IMG/VR virus record: IMGVR_UViG_3300017700_000721
Span: 1 to 64,000 of that record
Direction: 5' to 3' (one strand)
Source of the DNA: a virus
Lineage: Duplodnaviria > Caudoviricetes
Length of the DNA: 64,000 nt
Shown here: positions 60,213 through 64,000 of the stretch, one piece after another
Layout of the letters: each line of letters opens with the position of its first letter
Numbering within the stretch: position 1 is the stretch's first letter
The notes under the pieces: model-generated
What the model saw: the letters and a program-made list of their open reading frames with translations, nothing else
The model's database searches: none
Told to the model about the DNA's origin: nothing
Program-made: the position numbers and the translations under genes

Positions 60213-61648
60213 AGCGTCACCTGGTCCGCTCCACCGCTCGTCGGGGCGTATCCAGTCTGAGGGTTCATTCCTCCAGACATATCAATGATACGACGACTGT
60301 CCGGCTCAATAAAGAGACTCACGGGTTTCGAGGGCACCTGACCCCAACGGGATTTCATGATTCCGGCCTTTGGCTCACTGGTCGCCATCTCCTCGGTATC
60401 ATAGAAGATGTAGGTGATGACATCGGCTTCCTTCTCGGCTGCGTTATAATCCGCCAGGGCCGTCTTGTCCATTACCCCTTCGTTAGCCTGGGCGGCTTTA
60501 TAGCCTGTCCGGTTGATCTGAAATGGAGAGCAGACAGGCAGCCCGATGCCCTTGTTGAAGCCCATCGCAAACCGCTTCGCGTCGGCCAAGGTCTCGTTGC
60601 GTGCTGCACGCACGTCCATCCGTAGGTATTTAGCGTCGATCGGGAGGCGGGTGATGTAATCACACCAAAGAACGTCGACCTCTTCCTCTGAATGCTCTCT
60701 GACCGTCCGCTGCATCACTGAACCCCACGTGGAGAACTCGGATGAGTCAATCACCCGAATGTTCCCGTGCTGGGTGTTGTTCAGCAGGTCGTCTTTCACC
60801 GTCTGGTAAAAATCTTCCTCCTCAGGACGAAGGGCCCCCAAGAGGAGTCGGAAGGAGTTGATTGGCCGACCCACCGACTGGAACTTGGGGTCCGCACTGT
60901 GCATCGCTATCAGCTTTTGCTGCACGTCCTCGGCCGGCTCCTCAGAGGTGAAGAGCAAGGGGTTCCAACCCGAAACCACTGCGTTGAGCATATGGTTGTG
61001 CATTAGCGTTGACTTGAGATGACCACCAAAGCCAGCAACCAGATAAAACTGTTTCTTTCTGATGCCTGCGGTTGACTGGTCGAAAATACCGTATCCGGTC
61101 ATCACGCCGTAGGTGTGGAGCGGGTTGGTCTTCCTCTGCTGGTACAGCTCGTCCAACTTCACAGAGTTCTGACGCATTGAGGCCTTCAGTCGTCCGCTGT
61201 CCTCTTTCGGCGTTCCTTGAAGAGCGGAGAAGGCGTGGGCAACAGCAGCGTCGGTTCCCTTGATCAGGGTCCCGTTCATTGTCACGCCAACCGTCGCTAT
61301 CTTGATCCCCTCCTTCAAAACGCTTACGGCGCTCTGGCTCGCCTGCTCTTCCACAATCCCTTCGAACAGGACCTTGAAGCTGGCGCTCTCGTAGAATTGC
61401 TCGGCTTGAGCCTCCGTCAGAAACGAGACTTCCTCGCTCCTTGAGAGGTTGTCGAAATGGTCGAAGACCAGCTTGAAGCTCGGAGCTTCACCCGAGGCTG
61501 TAAAGAAATCCACGATATGCTCAAGGACTTCCTTCTCAGTCTTGGTGAGGTTGAGGAGTCGCTCGATCTTGGAGAAGCCGAGATTTATCTTCGCCTCAAG
61601 CTTCTCTCGCGGGTCCATGTAGGTTAGCGAGCGGATTACTCTACGCAT
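60209..61648 (-). CDS. dnaB: DnaB-like replicative helicase
   Basis: GV.TGY..FD..T.G, AG.GG..KS, F.SEE, DYI, QINR, E.EAD, KSR.G. Confidence 0.9.
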   Translation of the reverse strand: MRRVIRSLTYMDPREKLEAKINLGFSKIERLLNLTKTEKEVLEHIVDFFTASGEAPSFKLVFDHFDNLSRSEEVSFLTEAQAEQFYESASFKVLFEGIVEEQASQSAVSVLKEGIKIATVGVTMNGTLIKGTDAAVAHAFSALQGTPKEDSGRLKASMRQNSVKLDELYQQRKTNPLHTYGVMTGYGIFDQSTAGIRKKQFYLVAGFGGHLKSTLMHNHMLNAVVSGWNPLLFTSEEPAEDVQQKLIAMHSADPKFQSVGRPINSFRLLLGALRPEEEDFYQTVKDDLLNNTQHGNIRVIDSSEFSTWGSVMQRTVREHSEEEVDVLWCDYITRLPIDAKYLRMDVRAARNETLADAKRFAMGFNKGIGLPVCSPFQINRTGYKAAQANEGVMDKTALADYNAAEKEADVITYIFYDTEEMATSEPKAGIMKSRWGQVPSKPVSLFIEPDSRRIIDMSGGMNPQTGYAPTSGGADQVTL

Positions 61649-62205
61649 TACCTGGATCCCGCCTTCTCAAAGCCAGCTAAGACAGTCTGCAGCTCGGTGT
61701 TATACTTGGTGGAGACCATCGCAAGGTCTACGCCCATCAACACCCAGGTCGGCTTGTCGTCTAGAGCCCTACGCGACAGAGCCTGGATCAGCAACTCAGG
61801 AAGGTAACGGTTCCTAGGATCTCCGAACCCTAAGAGGATAATCAAAAGGTCCGTTTCGATGGCTGGCCGAGACGAGGCGAACTCTTCGTCCTTCTCCAAG
61901 AAGATCTCAATCAGCCTGTAGGCGTCCATCACCACGAAGCTCTCGTTCCGCTCGATCATTGAGAGGAGTGCGCCAGCTATGTGAGGGCGTAGTGTGTCTA
62001 GTGGACCCTCAAGCCTCAGGTTTGTGCTTGTCTTGCCTCGCAGGGGGCTGTCCTTCTTCGGGTTCTTGCAGAACATCTTCCCGAGCTTGAGCCGGTGAAT
62101 ATCCAAGATCAGGCAGGGGCATCGGACCCACTTACCGTTTTCTTGGTAGTGACCTGTCGCTCCGCAGCGATCGCGGTGGTCACACTGTTCCCGTAGCTTG
62201 CTCAT
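61648..62205 (-). CDS. Degenerate DnaC/IstB-like helicase loader
   Basis: C..G..RCPC, L.L.G, DLLII.LG, R....KPT; adjacent to dnaB. Confidence 0.55.
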   Translation of the reverse strand: MSKLREQCDHRDRCGATGHYQENGKWVRCPCLILDIHRLKLGKMFCKNPKKDSPLRGKTSTNLRLEGPLDTLRPHIAGALLSMIERNESFVVMDAYRLIEIFLEKDEEFASSRPAIETDLLIILLGFGDPRNRYLPELLIQALSRRALDDKPTWVLMGVDLAMVSTKYNTELQTVLAGFEKAGSR

Positions 62206-63755
62206 GCCGCCATCCTATAAGAGTCTTTGATGGCCTCGTAGATTTCCTTCAACTCACCGTCGCCGGTCTGGATGGTGTTAGCCTGTGACTCGCCGGTCAC
62301 AGCCTTGAAGAGCTCATACTTCTTCATCAAGATGTTCAAGGTGTGGTGATCCACGGTCTTGTCCGTGCCTATGTTAGCGGCAAGGTCAGGGTGAAGTTGG
62401 GCTAGGAACCTATATACCCCAATGATCTTGAAGGTGCTGCCGGTCCTCTTGAGGCGACCAATAAGCTGACGATAATCATCGTAAGCCCACGGAAGGTCAA
62501 AGAAGATGAAGTGGCCGCCTTTCTGGAGGTTGATTGCCCGCTTTCCTGCGTTGGTCAGAAGGAGGATAGAGTTCTCGGCGGCTTCCTCGTCTGACATGAA
62601 GAAGTCTTTGGCCGCTTCTTTCTCTTCCCAGGACTCCTTCCCAGTTATACGTAGGACTGGGTAGTTGGTCGACTTACGTATTTGCTGCTCCAGCAGGTCA
62701 ACTACGGACCTAAACTTGGAGAAGATCACAATCCGCTGACCGTTCAGACTTCCGTTCACCATCTCGAGAAGGGCTTGAGTCTTCTCCCCTGGTATGTCGA
62801 AACCCTTTAAGCGAGGGTCGTCAACCATTTGCTGGGCCATCGTCAAGCCTGGCAAGAGGCCCAATGCCTTGACCTCTCCGTCAGGCATCTTGATAAGGCG
62901 ATCCATCGCCTCGACCACTTTCCGACTCTGGTCCTTAGACATGGTTATCTCCACGTCCTTGGTTATCACCTCGGGTAGGTCCTGCTTGACCTCGGGGTCG
63001 TCCTGCATTCTCCCGAAGAAAACAGGCTCAATTAGCTTCCGGAACTCGTCAAGGTTCTTGTAGCCCTTGATCACCTTTCGGTTGTTCACGTAAGCTACGA
63101 TGCAGAAGTTGTCCTCAAAGAACTTCCAGGACTCGATGGCACCTGGACATACGATGCGGAGGATACCGAAGGCCTCGGTCAGTCGATTACCCACAATGGT
63201 GGCGGTCAGACCGTAGACTCTAGCTGGACCACCCTCGGTGTTCACCATGTCAAAGGCTATCTGATGGGCAGCAGACTCCGTGTTCTTAAAAAGATCCGGC
63301 TCATCGAAGATGCAGATCCACCTCGTACCCATCCCCTCCTTCAGGTACTTGGAGAAGTTGTAAAGCATTGAGTAGGATGTAAACACCACGTCCGCTTCAG
63401 GGTTCCTCATCACCCGGATGCGTTGCTGCGTGTCCGGGTAAAGCTCGGCGGTGATGATGCGGGTTGTGAAGGAAGGGCAGAGGTTCTGCGACTCCTTCCG
63501 CCACTGCTTCAGAGCCGTCTTCTCAGTGAAGACCAGGAACCTAGTCTTCTGGTTCTGAGCCTTCATGTAGGATGTGGCAAGGAGAGTCTCGAGGGTCTTT
63601 CCTAAGCCTACGTCGTCTCCGAGCACCATTCTCGGTGTGACCAGCATCACAAGGCTGCCCTTGCGTTGGTACTGGTAAGGCATGTCTGTGTTTGCGAACA
63701 CCCCGTTGGACTTCAGGGTCAGGTTCTTGGCGGCCTTGATGCTTGCTAGGTCCAT
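62202..63755 (-). CDS. SNF2-family helicase/translocase
   Basis: YQ, LGDDVGLGKT, FDE, LTAT, IVIFS, INLQ, Q..GR..R.G. Confidence 0.92.
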   Translation of the reverse strand: MDLASIKAAKNLTLKSNGVFANTDMPYQYQRKGSLVMLVTPRMVLGDDVGLGKTLETLLATSYMKAQNQKTRFLVFTEKTALKQWRKESQNLCPSFTTRIITAELYPDTQQRIRVMRNPEADVVFTSYSMLYNFSKYLKEGMGTRWICIFDEPDLFKNTESAAHQIAFDMVNTEGGPARVYGLTATIVGNRLTEAFGILRIVCPGAIESWKFFEDNFCIVAYVNNRKVIKGYKNLDEFRKLIEPVFFGRMQDDPEVKQDLPEVITKDVEITMSKDQSRKVVEAMDRLIKMPDGEVKALGLLPGLTMAQQMVDDPRLKGFDIPGEKTQALLEMVNGSLNGQRIVIFSKFRSVVDLLEQQIRKSTNYPVLRITGKESWEEKEAAKDFFMSDEEAAENSILLLTNAGKRAINLQKGGHFIFFDLPWAYDDYRQLIGRLKRTGSTFKIIGVYRFLAQLHPDLAANIGTDKTVDHHTLNILMKKYELFKAVTGESQANTIQTGDGELKEIYEAIKDSYRMAA

Positions 63756-63823
63756 TTACTCACTCTAAGGCTATGCGTACATACCCTGAATGAGTAGCCG
63801 CTTAAACAGACGCGGATGGGAGG

Positions 63824-64000
63824 TTAGTCTTTTTCGATGGCGTCGATTAGACGCTCCATCTTTGCCTTACACATCACAAAGGCGGTCGCCACGTTGATCC
63901 CGGCCTCGGAGTTATAACTTATGCTCCTCGTAGGATCCGGCACCGTCTCAGGGTCTTCGCACCGACGAAGGAGCTCAGCGCCTGGTTTGACCTTGATTAC
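63824..64000 (-). CDS. Hypothetical protein (3' end only)
   Basis: Open frame ...VATAFVMCKAKMERLIDAIEKD* entering from the right edge. Confidence 0.55.
   Translation of the reverse strand, partial: VIKVKPGAELLRRCEDPETVPDPTRSISYNSEAGINVATAFVMCKAKMERLIDAIEKD

Noticed and set aside
1-64000. Stop-codon reassignment
   Set aside because: Conserved genes are intact under code 11 and end in TAA, TAG and TGA

Overview
A 64-kb slice of a large dsDNA bacteriophage genome. An alphaproteobacterial host is plausible but inferred (Tat-leader peptides, DUF3309, DUF1289, class II RNR, leaderless genes). Essentially all credible coding is on the minus strand. The right part (~23-64 kb) is a replication/repair/nucleotide module: SNF2 helicase, DnaC-like loader, DnaB, split primase, family A polymerase, endonuclease IV, CobS/CobT-like pair, full bacterial-type clamp loader (DnaX, HolA-like, HolB-like) plus beta clamp, sigma-like factor, ATP-dependent ligase, HU, putative SSB, RuvC-like resolvase, RecA, SurE, split SbcC plus SbcD, a 1057-aa radical SAM protein, NusG-like factor, 5'-3' exonuclease, HD protein, NrdJ, Fpg with an apparent ATC start, and dCTP deaminase. 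The left part (~2-23 kb) is an early/host-takeover region of small ORFs driven by near-consensus sigma70 promoters, with RNase HI, NADAR and a SleB-type hydrolase; an SGNH-domain protein runs off the left edge. The most striking unexplained content is a set of heavily base-paired non-coding stretches on the minus strand: ~660 nt (1960-2617) and ~300 nt (1620-1913), each behind its own promoter; ~520 nt behind an 18-codon leader ORF (9820-10340); a 165-nt element containing a circularly permuted tRNA-Thr(UGU)-like domain (17691-17855); and a ~110-nt rod (28127-28235). No canonical tRNA, CRISPR array, integrase or transposase was recognised. All family calls are by eye from motifs, not from database searches.
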